Origin: a virus
Direction: 5' to 3' (one strand)
IMG/VR virus record: IMGVR_UViG_3300042330_000854
Coordinates: 44,077-108,076 of that record
DNA: 64,000 nucleotides
In this document: positions 1-8,029 of the stretch, one piece after another
How positions within the stretch are numbered: the first letter of the stretch is position 1
Layout of the letters: every line of letters begins with the position of its first letter
The notes under the pieces: model-generated
The model's input: the letters and a program-made list of their open reading frames with translations, nothing else
Told to the model about the DNA's origin: nothing
Database searches by the model: none
Translations under genes and position numbers: made by a program

Positions 1-253
1 AAGAAATGAAGGTAAAAATAGTTTCAGAGTTTGGCGCGTAGCAGAAAAACCTAAAAATGTATTTGTTGTTATTAATAAAGAAATGATAGAAAAAATTAAT
101 TAAATGTTTGAAACAAAAATGCGATTATAAAGATTTATACTGAATTAAATCATTATTTATAATTCCCATTGTTTCACTTATTTTATGCTATATTCAGACA
201 TTATTTAGTTTAAGGTTGTAAGATAATGGGTATATAAGTCAGCAACCTTTTTA

Positions 254-325
254 CGCGGGATAGTGAAGTGGTTATCACACAGGATTCATGCTCCTGTATC
301 CTAGGTTCAAATCCTAGTTCCGCTA
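254..325 (+). tRNA. tRNA-Met(CAT), initiator-like
   Basis: Cloverleaf: acceptor CGCGGGA/TTCCGCT with C1:U72 mismatch (initiator hallmark), anticodon arm CAGGA-TTCATGC-TCCTG, T arm CTAGG-TTCAAAT-CCTAG; no encoded CCA. Confidence 0.9.
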
Positions 326-492
326 CAATTAAATTTTATAATACCATAAGTCTGTTTAAGTGATTATGACGATTAACAAATAGTTAATTCATCTATGTAC
401 AAAATCCTTTTCAGCAGGTTATTTTAAAGAATGATTTCCGCAAAATTTAGCTTGGATATGCAAAAAACATCATTCTGTTTTAAACATTTTAT

Positions 493-702
493 ATGAAGGA
501 AAAAATAATGCACAAATATACAAATTTAATTATTAAAAAAACATACGACGAAACAACAAATACTTATACTGAAGTACCATTTACTGTCGTTGAAGATCAA
601 AACGATGTTTGGACTTTACTAAATTATTTTGCTAGAGATAATAATGATCCAAAAATTACATTTATAATTAAACCTATTACTGTTTCTGATGTTCCAAAAT
701 AA
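493..702 (+). CDS. small hypothetical protein
   Basis: ORF; AAGGA SD precedes internal ATG 508. Confidence 0.6.
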   Translation: MKEKIMHKYTNLIIKKTYDETTNTYTEVPFTVVEDQNDVWTLLNYFARDNNDPKITFIIKPITVSDVPK

Positions 703-703
703 T

Positions 704-937
704 TTAATCTTTTAAATCAGGATTCATTATTAACATGATTTTATTAGCTATTTCTAATGAAATAGCATCTTTTTCTTTTTGTTTAATTTGTTGAAACGCT
801 TGAATTTCCCATTTCATTAACCCTAAATTATCAAAATTATCATAAGAATTTATATTTTCTAAAATTTCTTTTATTTTGAAATTAGTTTGTGATTTTTTAA
901 GTAAAATTTTATATTGATTGTTTTCTGTGTATCTCAT
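704..937 (-). CDS. hypothetical protein
   Basis: ORF track; phage-like composition. Confidence 0.5.
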   Translation of the reverse strand: MRYTENNQYKILLKKSQTNFKIKEILENINSYDNFDNLGLMKWEIQAFQQIKQKEKDAISLEIANKIMLIMNPDLKD

Positions 938-958
938 CGATTATTTAAAGGTTATAAA

Positions 959-1276
959 ATGAATTTATTAAAAAATTCTAAATTTAAAAAATTAATTAAT
1001 AATTCTAATATTTATTGGATTGATTTGCCGATTATTGATGGGAATTTAGATTATACATACTCAGTTTTAAACTCAGAAGATTTTCTAAAAAAATTTGAAA
1101 ATGGTTATTATAAATATACCTATTTTACAAATGATGGTAGAGATTATAATGAAATACAAACCGATTTACCATCACTTAGAACTAAATTACAACAATTTTT
1201 TATTGATGATAATTATCATTTAATTTATGTTGAATTAAACAATACTGATTATTTATTATATATATTAGGAAAATAA
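959..1276 (+). CDS. hypothetical protein
   Basis: ORF; AAGG SD before ATG 959. Confidence 0.65.
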   Translation: MNLLKNSKFKKLINNSNIYWIDLPIIDGNLDYTYSVLNSEDFLKKFENGYYKYTYFTNDGRDYNEIQTDLPSLRTKLQQFFIDDNYHLIYVELNNTDYLLYILGK

Positions 1277-1277
1277 A

Positions 1278-1658
1278 ATGAACTTTGAAGATTTTAAAAA
1301 ATTAGTTAAAGAAATTAAAAATGATGATGAAGATTATTTTTATATTGAAAAAAATATATTTGATAAAGATGCTAATTTTTATTCATTTGATGATTGCTTA
1401 ACTTATGAAGGCAATTATATGGGCGATAGTTGGGATTATCCAGACAGTTCAAAATACCCAACAGAAATTAAAAAAATTGATTTATTTTTAGAAAAATATG
1501 TTCAAAATATTTCTTTTATTCAATATAAAAAACTAACAAACAAATATCGACATATTAGTCATGAAACTCGTGATATTTATTCTAATACAGTTTATAAGAT
1601 AACATATATTTCAATAAAAGAATTTTATGATTTTCTTCTTGAAAATAAATTAATTTAG
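1278..1658 (+). CDS. hypothetical protein
   Basis: ORF abutting previous gene, AGGA SD. Confidence 0.7.
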   Translation: MNFEDFKKLVKEIKNDDEDYFYIEKNIFDKDANFYSFDDCLTYEGNYMGDSWDYPDSSKYPTEIKKIDLFLEKYVQNISFIQYKKLTNKYRHISHETRDIYSNTVYKITYISIKEFYDFLLENKLI

Positions 1659-1713
1659 GTTGCTAAGATTATAATTGTTTAGTATATTATAATCTTAATA
1701 AAGGAGATATTAA

Positions 1714-1857
1714 ATGAAAATTTATTTTGATGTAAAATATAATGATAATGTAATTGCCACAAAAGATAAATTTATTTTTCTGCATGAAAAATTAAAGCAT
1801 AAAATTCTTTATTCCAAAGAATCTATTTTGCGTTTAGTTGAGAAAACCAATGAATAA
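1714..1857 (+). CDS. 47-aa protein MKIYFDVKYNDNVIATKDKF... (not in ORF track)
   Basis: AAGGAG SD, ATG 1714, TAA 1855-1857 overlapping next start. Confidence 0.6.
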   Translation: MKIYFDVKYNDNVIATKDKFIFLHEKLKHKILYSKESILRLVEKTNE

Positions 1858-2236
1858 ATTATCAATAAAAGAATTAGAATTTTTATATAATATTTTAAAT
1901 ATTGAATATCATAATATGGTTAATCAAAACAAAGATGATTTTGATGATAGATTTTATAATATTTGTATGGAAAAAATTTTACAATATCATGACAATAATA
2001 AAACATGTTTGAAATTATTAAAAGAAAAACATCAACAAATCAATTATTTTAATTCCAATATTAGAGTTATAAATCATAATTTTAACTTTAATAATTTTAA
2101 TTCAATTGATGAAAATGAACTAAATTACATCGTTATTTTAGAGCATAAAATATTAATTGTTGATTTACTATTGATTAATCCAGGATGTTATGATAAAATG
2201 AACATGAACCAAATTGTTGATATTTTACAAAATTGA
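1850..2236 (+). CDS. hypothetical protein ending ...QIVDILQN
   Basis: ORF overlapping neighbours. Confidence 0.65.
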   Translation: MNKLSIKELEFLYNILNIEYHNMVNQNKDDFDDRFYNICMEKILQYHDNNKTCLKLLKEKHQQINYFNSNIRVINHNFNFNNFNSIDENELNYIVILEHKILIVDLLLINPGCYDKMNMNQIVDILQN

Positions 2237-2589
2237 AAATAATATTATTAATTGGGCTGCCTGGAAGTGGCCAATCAACATATGGAAAAAGTTTAATCAA
2301 AGAAAATGTTTATTTCTTTGATGAAGATTTATTTAAAATTAATAATATTCCTGAAAATACAAAACTTTTAATTTTTGCCCATCCGTTGTTTTGTATAAAA
2401 GAAAAATTAAATCAATTTAAAGAAAAAATATTTTGTGAAATTGAAGAAGTTTATTTTGAAAACAATCCAGAACAATGTTTAAAAAATACAAAAAATAGAG
2501 ATGGTAAACCATGTTATTCGAGCATAAATTATTTGACTAAACAATATGTTATACCAAATAATGCTTATATTAAAAAATGTTATGAATAA
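2233..2589 (+). CDS. P-loop (AAA_33/polynucleotide-kinase-like) protein with altered Walker A
   Basis: N-terminal IILLIGLPGSGQST; C-terminal CLKNTKNRD lid-like motif. Confidence 0.65.
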   Translation: MKIILLIGLPGSGQSTYGKSLIKENVYFFDEDLFKINNIPENTKLLIFAHPLFCIKEKLNQFKEKIFCEIEEVYFENNPEQCLKNTKNRDGKPCYSSINYLTKQYVIPNNAYIKKCYE

Positions 2590-2599
2590 AATATTAAAT

Positions 2600-2686
2600 G
2601 GATAGTTAGTAGAGTGGTCGATTGCGCTACATTGGAAATGTAGAGAACCTGTAAAGGTTCCAGGGGTTCAAATCCTCTACTATCCG
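2600..2686 (+). tRNA. tRNA-Ser(GGA)
   Basis: Acceptor GGATAGT/ACTATCC+G73, anticodon arm CTACA-TTGGAAA-TGTAG, long variable arm GAACCT-GTAA-AGGTTC, TTCAAAT T-loop. Confidence 0.93.
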
Positions 2687-2735
2687 CAAAATTATTGTTG
2701 ACATGTAAATAAAATAATAGTATAGTAAAATTATT

Positions 2736-3564
2736 GGTGTGTTGGCCGAGAGTATTATAGTTATTAAATTAATAGAGAGATTATAAATGTTTATATGTGA
2801 GTTTGGTTGTGGCAAGATTGCTATTCATCAGTTTAAATCTAGTCATAAATGGTGTTGTTCAACAAACGTGAATACTTGTGTCGGTCATAGAGAAAAAATA
2901 TCTAAATCAAAAAAGGGTATAAATCCTTTTCTTGGAAGAGAACACCCAAGAGGCATGAAAGGGAAAATTCATATATTCAAGGGAAAAACTTATGAAGAAA
3001 TTTTTGGAGATAGGGCTTCTATTATTAAATCTAAAATTTCTAATAGTTTAAAAGGAAATACTAATTGGTCAAATGTCGATGAAATAATTAAAATTTTACA
3101 TGCAGAACGTGCTCGTGAACGTATATTGAAACGATATGAAGCTGGGTGGCAACCTAAAGCTGGACGCTGCACCAAATATACATATGAGAGTAAGATAGCA
3201 GGAAAAATATTAGTAGATGGTACTTGGGAATTAGAAGTAGCAAAATGGTTAGATAGCAAATGTTTAAATTGGAAACGAAACACGAAAAGATTTCCTTATA
3301 CTAATATAGAAGAAAAAATAAGTCATTATACACCTGATTTTTGGATTGAAGAATGGGATTCATATTTAGAAATTAAGGGATACGAAACAGATTTAGATCG
3401 TTGTAAATGGGCGCAATTTAAAGAAAATTTAATAGTATGGTATAAAAAAGATATAGACAAAATTATTAAAGATAATAAACTTTTATCTAGCTACATATGC
3501 ATATAGTTTTAGACGTTGAAGGTAGTAACCCTGTCTTCCAAAAGTTCAAATCTTTTACACACCG
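2736..3564 (+). pseudogene. class II (Ser-type) tRNA interrupted by a nuclease gene: 5' piece 2736-2752, 3' piece about 3511-3564
   Basis: 5' GGTGTGT-TG-GCCGAG; 3' variable arm GAAGGTAG-TAACC-CTGTCTTC, T arm AAAAG-TTCAAAT-CTTTT, then ACACACC-G exactly complementary to the 5' strand. Confidence 0.8.
2787..3506 (+). CDS. free-standing homing-type endonuclease, PD-(D/E)xK fold, with N-terminal Cys motif and NUMOD-like DNA-binding region
   Basis: CEFGCG...WCCS; KTYEEIFG...KSKISNSLKG; GTWELEVAKWLD...YTPDFWI...YLEIKG catalytic signature. Confidence 0.8.
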   Translation: MFICEFGCGKIAIHQFKSSHKWCCSTNVNTCVGHREKISKSKKGINPFLGREHPRGMKGKIHIFKGKTYEEIFGDRASIIKSKISNSLKGNTNWSNVDEIIKILHAERARERILKRYEAGWQPKAGRCTKYTYESKIAGKILVDGTWELEVAKWLDSKCLNWKRNTKRFPYTNIEEKISHYTPDFWIEEWDSYLEIKGYETDLDRCKWAQFKENLIVWYKKDIDKIIKDNKLLSSYICI

Positions 3565-3568
3565 CTTT

Positions 3569-3655
3569 GGATAATTAACTTACAGGGCTGTAAGCGCTGC
3601 CTCGAAAGCAGATGGAACGATAATATCGTTTGGGGATCGAGACCTCAGTTATCCG
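3569..3655 (+). tRNA. tRNA-Ser(CGA) with atypical D arm and T loop
   Basis: Acceptor GGATAAT/GTTATCC+G, anticodon loop CTCGAAA, long variable arm AACGAT-AAT-ATCGTT, T arm TGGGG-ATCGAGA-CCTCA. Confidence 0.88.
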
Positions 3656-3662
3656 CAATTAG

Positions 3663-3747
3663 TTTTGTTTGGAGAGTAGAATACCGTAAACTTGCGACAT
3701 AGTGTCTGTTAAAGAGATAATTGGTTCAAATCCAATCACAAACAAAA
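3663..3747 (+). ncRNA. tRNA-like element (T arm and closing stem, non-canonical interior)
   Basis: ATTGG-TTCAAAT-CCAAT T arm; TTTTGTTTG pairs with CAAACAAAA. Confidence 0.4.
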
Positions 3748-3882
3748 TTAATAACATTTCTATAAAATATTTGAACTATAATCAGAAATTAGCATAACTG
3801 ATTATATCAAATTATTAGTTGACTTTTGTTGATTCTTGGTCAAAGTCCTTTTAATTTGTGAAATATTTTTATAGAGCTAATT

Positions 3883-3954
3883 TCCGCTATAACTCAATGA
3901 GAGAGTAGCAGTTTTGTAAACTGAAAGCTGGGAGTTCAAATCTCTCTAGCGGCG
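3883..3954 (+). tRNA. tRNA-Thr(TGT)
   Basis: Acceptor (T)CCGCTA/TAGCGG(C) with 1:72 mismatch, anticodon loop TTTGTAA, T arm GGGAG-TTCAAAT-CTCTC. Confidence 0.85.
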
Positions 3955-3973
3955 CTTTTTGTGGAGGCTTAAC

Positions 3974-4627
3974 ATGAGATTAGAAGATTTAAAGCGTATA
4001 TTAAAAGAAAGTCCAGCGGCGGCATATGGTAATATGTTAGCTAGTCCAAGTTATTTTTATACTGAAATTAGCGCTCAATTTTTTCGTGAAAATTGGAATA
4101 TTGTTGGTGAAATTACTATAAATAATGATATATTAACAATAGGTCATATGAAAAATAATGATTTAGATGTTTATGTTGCCGGGTATTTTGACGAAAAAAT
4201 AGAAGACTTTGGAAGTTATAAAGAAACTAAAGAAATATTTTTTGTTTTATTACAAGCATATTTAAAAAAAGATAATTATGTTGAACAACATTTTCCTTAT
4301 AAAAATGTTTATTCTATGGCAGCAATTAAAGTTAGCTCCGATGCACAAACTCAAGGAATTGCATCAGGATTTTATACTTGGTTATTAAACCAAGGAATTA
4401 TTTTACGCTCAGATCAATTACAATATAATGGTGCTAGAAGATTATGGGCGAAATTATCAAAATACGATCATTTGGTTGTTGATGTTTTAGATATTAAAAA
4501 TAATAAAATCGTAGCTAAAAATGAACAATTATATCATGGTTTTAAAGAAGACGATTTTGATAAACGTTACTGGTCGAGAAACGATGATAAAAAAGATATT
4601 GTTTTTATTTTAACAAAAGTAGTTTAA
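3974..4627 (+). CDS. GNAT-fold acetyltransferase-like protein, possibly a virion internal protein
   Basis: GGAGG SD; IKVSSDAQTQGIASGFY (acetyl-CoA-binding motif A), SDQLQYNGARRLW; N-terminal MRLEDL..LKES. Confidence 0.6.
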   Translation: MRLEDLKRILKESPAAAYGNMLASPSYFYTEISAQFFRENWNIVGEITINNDILTIGHMKNNDLDVYVAGYFDEKIEDFGSYKETKEIFFVLLQAYLKKDNYVEQHFPYKNVYSMAAIKVSSDAQTQGIASGFYTWLLNQGIILRSDQLQYNGARRLWAKLSKYDHLVVDVLDIKNNKIVAKNEQLYHGFKEDDFDKRYWSRNDDKKDIVFILTKVV

Positions 4628-4630
4628 AAA

Positions 4631-4813
4631 ATGAATAATTTAGAATTATGTTTTAATCAATTTGTTGATTTGATTGATTATTGTTTTAATAACGATAAAA
4701 CTTTATTAAAACAAAAAATTGATAATTATACAAAAAATTATAAAAATTTAGGATTTGAACATCAAGGCGAATTAAGTTTGTTAATCAACGATTATTATAA
4801 ATTTGACAAATAA
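4631..4813 (+). CDS. hypothetical protein
   Basis: ORF. Confidence 0.55.
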   Translation: MNNLELCFNQFVDLIDYCFNNDKTLLKQKIDNYTKNYKNLGFEHQGELSLLINDYYKFDK

Positions 4814-4856
4814 ATTAATTATGGTAATATCGTATTATCAACAATAGGAGATTATC

Positions 4857-5129
4857 ATGACCATTGAAAATATGTTTAATGAAATTTATCGTTTTGTTCG
4901 CAAAGACGAAAATTTTATTCCTCGTAATTATCAAACTATTGGTGGTGGTTGGACGGTTGATACTTGGAAATTGAATGATGTAACGGTTCAATTGATGGAT
5001 GAAGGTTATACAATTGTTATTTTTAATGATAATGTGCATGTTCATCAAACTTGTACTAATCCTTTGGTTTTTACCAAAGGCGATGAAGAAAATATTAAAA
5101 ATATTTATATTGAACTGTTTCAAGAATAA
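4857..5129 (+). CDS. early hypothetical protein
   Basis: TTGACA at 4803, AGGAG SD. Confidence 0.75.
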   Translation: MTIENMFNEIYRFVRKDENFIPRNYQTIGGGWTVDTWKLNDVTVQLMDEGYTIVIFNDNVHVHQTCTNPLVFTKGDEENIKNIYIELFQE

Positions 5130-5137
5130 GTTATTAT

Positions 5138-5205
5138 GGCAAAAGATCAGGTGATCAAACAGTTTTCATACGACTGTTAGCGTGGTTCGATTCCACGTTT
5201 TGCTA
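5138..5205 (+). tRNA. tRNA with CAT anticodon (Met or Ile2), miniature D arm
   Basis: Acceptor GGCAAAA/TTTTGCT+A, D hairpin GATC-AGGT-GATC, extended anticodon stem AACAGTT-TTCATAC-GACTGTT, T arm CGTGG-TTCGATT-CCACG. Confidence 0.8.
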
Positions 5206-5226
5206 CTATTGTTTAAAGGATAAAAT

Positions 5227-5553
5227 ATGTCAACATTAGTAATTTTTAGTAGAGATTGGGCCGACGAATTCCAATGCGAAGAATTTATCATTACTGAATT
5301 ATCAAAAGATGATGCAGAAAAACTAATTTTCAATAAACTTGAAAAATCATATGAATATTATTTTGGAACCAATGAAGGTTTTGAAACAAATGATTTAAGT
5401 ATTCAAGATTTTGAAATTAAAGAAATTTCTGATCAAGAAAAAGAAACCTTAACCAAATTAATTGGTGAGCGATTTGGTACAGGTATTCTTTATACTATGT
5501 TTAATGATGAAGAAGAGTATGAAGAAGAAGATGAGGATGAAAATGAATATTAA
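5227..5553 (+). CDS. acidic hypothetical protein
   Basis: AAGGA SD; YFGTNEG motif. Confidence 0.75.
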   Translation: MSTLVIFSRDWADEFQCEEFIITELSKDDAEKLIFNKLEKSYEYYFGTNEGFETNDLSIQDFEIKEISDQEKETLTKLIGERFGTGILYTMFNDEEEYEEEDEDENEY

Positions 5554-6163
5554 TAAAAATGAAGTGCAATTTATAATGGCATTAGCTAGAATTTTAGAAC
5601 ATGAAGAAATTGATACGGTTGATGAAATTTCTGATGATACGATACAACAATTATTAGAAGATTATAATATTTCTGAAAAAAAATTTACACAAATAAAAAA
5701 ATTAATGACGGAAGACGTTGATAATGATGAAGAAAAAACATTCATTGTTAACTACAAAGACACTTTTATTACAATTAAAGAATATTCAGTTACTCGAATA
5801 TATTTACACAACTTAGCTAATAGCATTAGTGATTTTAAAGAAAATACCCCAATTAAAATTTTAGATTCTAAAACTAATGAATTGCTTGAAGAATATTTTT
5901 ATAATTTAGATAAAACAAGATATATTTGGAAAAAATATAAAAATAATAAATTATTTTCTGAACAATATTACTTTATAAAAGAATGGTATGATAGTTTAGA
6001 TCGTAATGATGGTCCTGCGGAAATTATTTATACAAATAAAAAAAATATATATAAATTTTATTGTCAAGATGCAGAATATTCATTAAAACAATGGTTAAAT
6101 GTACATGAAAACCAAGATGAGAATTTCAAAAAAGAAATGTTAGAAAAATATAAGGGAGAATAA
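5543..6163 (+). CDS. protein with C-terminal HRxxGPA-family domain (divergent family member)
   Basis: DRNDGPAEI...WLNVHENQDENFKKEMLEKY. Confidence 0.7.
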   Translation: MNINKNEVQFIMALARILEHEEIDTVDEISDDTIQQLLEDYNISEKKFTQIKKLMTEDVDNDEEKTFIVNYKDTFITIKEYSVTRIYLHNLANSISDFKENTPIKILDSKTNELLEEYFYNLDKTRYIWKKYKNNKLFSEQYYFIKEWYDSLDRNDGPAEIIYTNKKNIYKFYCQDAEYSLKQWLNVHENQDENFKKEMLEKYKGE

Positions 6164-6172
6164 TCTCCCTTA
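6151..6172. terminator. hairpin at convergent gene junction
   Basis: TAAGGGAGA-ATAA-TCTCCCTTA. Confidence 0.7.
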
Positions 6173-6880
6173 TTTTATTGCCTTATTTAATTTTTCCATC
6201 ATTGTTTCATCAAATTTAAATGAACAAATAATATAGCGTTTATTTGGTTCTGGCGCATCTGTCATTTGGATATGAGAAAAATCACTTAAATTTAATTTTT
6301 CTGTTTCAACAATATACTTAAATTCAGACTCTTGAATAAACATATAATCAGCACGCCCAAGTAAAATTTGTTTTACTCTTGCAGTGTTTTCTTCAGTTGA
6401 TTCAACCATTTTTGTATTATTTGTTTTTAATAAATTATCCAAATAATTACCATAAGATAATTCTACTTTACGAGCAAATCGCAAATTTTCATCTTTTGTT
6501 AAATCAGCAAAAGTTTTATGTGCTTTTATTTTTTCATTTGAGTTACTCAATAACACCCCAATTGGGTTATCAGTTAAAACAGGTTCGGAAAACTTACCAA
6601 TTTTTTCACGCTCTGCACGTTTAAAATAATTCAATGCACAAACTGGTTCGACATTTTCTTCTAAAGCAATTAATTGGCGAGCTAATGGTAATTCTACAAA
6701 TACAGGTTTAAATCCAGCTTTAATAAAAGCATCAGAAGATGCTTGACCAACCGAACCTGTAATTCCTGTTTCAGTTTTCATAATTAATGGCGCACGTTGA
6801 GAATAAACAACTTTTATTTCTTGTGCAAACACGGGAAAAGCAAATAATAAAGTAAGTAAAAATGTGGTTAATAATTTCAT
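6170..6880 (-). CDS. periplasmic substrate-binding protein (ABC family 3-like) with signal peptide
   Basis: MKLLTTFLLTLLFAFPVFA signal; RAPL..., ELPLARQ, KRAEREKIGKFSEP, SYGNYLD, LLGRADYMF. Confidence 0.8.
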   Translation of the reverse strand: MKLLTTFLLTLLFAFPVFAQEIKVVYSQRAPLIMKTETGITGSVGQASSDAFIKAGFKPVFVELPLARQLIALEENVEPVCALNYFKRAEREKIGKFSEPVLTDNPIGVLLSNSNEKIKAHKTFADLTKDENLRFARKVELSYGNYLDNLLKTNNTKMVESTEENTARVKQILLGRADYMFIQESEFKYIVETEKLNLSDFSHIQMTDAPEPNKRYIICSFKFDETMMEKLNKAIK

Positions 6881-6927
6881 GTTTTTGTTCCTTAAAAAAG
6901 TATTTATCAATTTTAGAAAGAGTTAAA

Positions 6928-7263
6928 ATGAGATTTATTTATTATATTGATGGTGAAAAATTTACAACTAACAATTATGATGAAGTTCCGATTTATGAAA
7001 TTTCATTTTTAGATGAAAATACACCTGCTTTAGAGGATTTAAAAACTGGTCATAAACGTTGGTGTTTTAAAGGAAGAATTTTACATCGATTAACTGGTCC
7101 TGCACATATTGCAGATAATGGAGTAGAAGATTTTTGGTTAAATGGAATTTATTACCGAAGAATAAAAGAATGGATTAAGGTTCATCCAAATCCTGATCTT
7201 TATTTTGATGCAATCGGGATAAAAACAGAAACCGATAAAGTTATTTGGTACTTACAAAATTAA
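6928..7263 (+). CDS. HRLTGPA-family protein, copy 1 (tail A)
   Basis: YYIDG...DENTPALE...HRLTGPA...HPNPDLYFDAIG..ETDKVIWYLQN. Confidence 0.9.
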   Translation: MRFIYYIDGEKFTTNNYDEVPIYEISFLDENTPALEDLKTGHKRWCFKGRILHRLTGPAHIADNGVEDFWLNGIYYRRIKEWIKVHPNPDLYFDAIGIKTETDKVIWYLQN

Positions 7264-7266
7264 TCC

Positions 7267-7295
7267 TTGACAAAAAACAGAATATTTTCTATATT
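7267..7295 (+). promoter_or_regulatory. sigma70-type early promoter cassette
   Basis: TTGACA-17-TATATT, spacer GAATATTTTC. Confidence 0.8.
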
Positions 7296-7325
7296 AAATT
7301 TATCAACTAATTAACGGAGAATGAT

Positions 7326-7517
7326 ATGTCCTATTTTACTGAAGAAAATATGGTTGGCCTCTCTAAAGAAGACCTTGAAATTCTAAATAAAACTTTTTCT
7401 AAAGAACTGAAAAAATATTATGAAGAGCATCGTGAAGTTGATACCGTGATTATTGATTCAATTGCTACAAAAGTTTTTGATGATTTTTGTGAAAAGTATG
7501 ATGCAATTTGTCAATAA
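7326..7517 (+). CDS. small early protein
   Basis: Promoter, GGAG SD and downstream terminator. Confidence 0.75.
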   Translation: MSYFTEENMVGLSKEDLEILNKTFSKELKKYYEEHREVDTVIIDSIATKVFDDFCEKYDAICQ

Positions 7518-7549
7518 AAAAGGGGGGAGAAACAATTCTCCCCCTTTTT
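7516..7549. terminator. bidirectional intrinsic terminator
   Basis: A-tract GGGGGAGAA-ACAA-TTCTCCCCC T-tract. Confidence 0.85.
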
Positions 7550-7566
7550 GTTTAATTAATTAACGA

Positions 7567-7986
7567 TTAAACTAATGAATCATTAATTGTTACGCTTACA
7601 TTGTTGCCAGTTGTTACATCTGGTGCTAATTTGTAAACAAAACCGTTTTGGCCGTCTAAGCTTTTAGCTAAACCAGGAGTTGCAGTTGACCATGAAGCTT
7701 TATGTTCTACAATAAATTTCACAACATAAACTGTATTGCCTGTTGACGCAGCAGGAAGATCAGTATCACCAGCGGCATAAAGCGCAGTTTCAACATCACC
7801 TAATACTACTGGTTGACCACGAAGAGAAACAGTACGCATTAAGGCATCAAATGCTAATTGTGTTGTTGCACCAAACGCAGCAGGAGTAATATTTACAAGT
7901 GTACGAACAGTGTAATAATCAACATTACCTGTTAAGTTTTGTCCTGGGATTGCTTTACCAGCATATTTTAAACCATTATCAATCAT
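7567..7986 (-). CDS. probable virion structural protein
   Basis: Ala/Thr/Gly/Val-rich; upstream TAAATA and GAGGA SD. Confidence 0.55.
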   Translation of the reverse strand: MIDNGLKYAGKAIPGQNLTGNVDYYTVRTLVNITPAAFGATTQLAFDALMRTVSLRGQPVVLGDVETALYAAGDTDLPAASTGNTVYVVKFIVEHKASWSTATPGLAKSLDGQNGFVYKLAPDVTTGNNVSVTINDSLV

Positions 7987-8029
7987 TTTATATATCCTCT
8001 ATTTTTAGGAATAATTTATTCCATTATAT

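Noticed and set aside
2736-3564. tmRNA or canonical group I intron
   Set aside because: Acceptor lacks the G3:U70 alanine determinant and a long Ser-type variable arm is present; no space or recognisable core for a ribozyme outside the ORF
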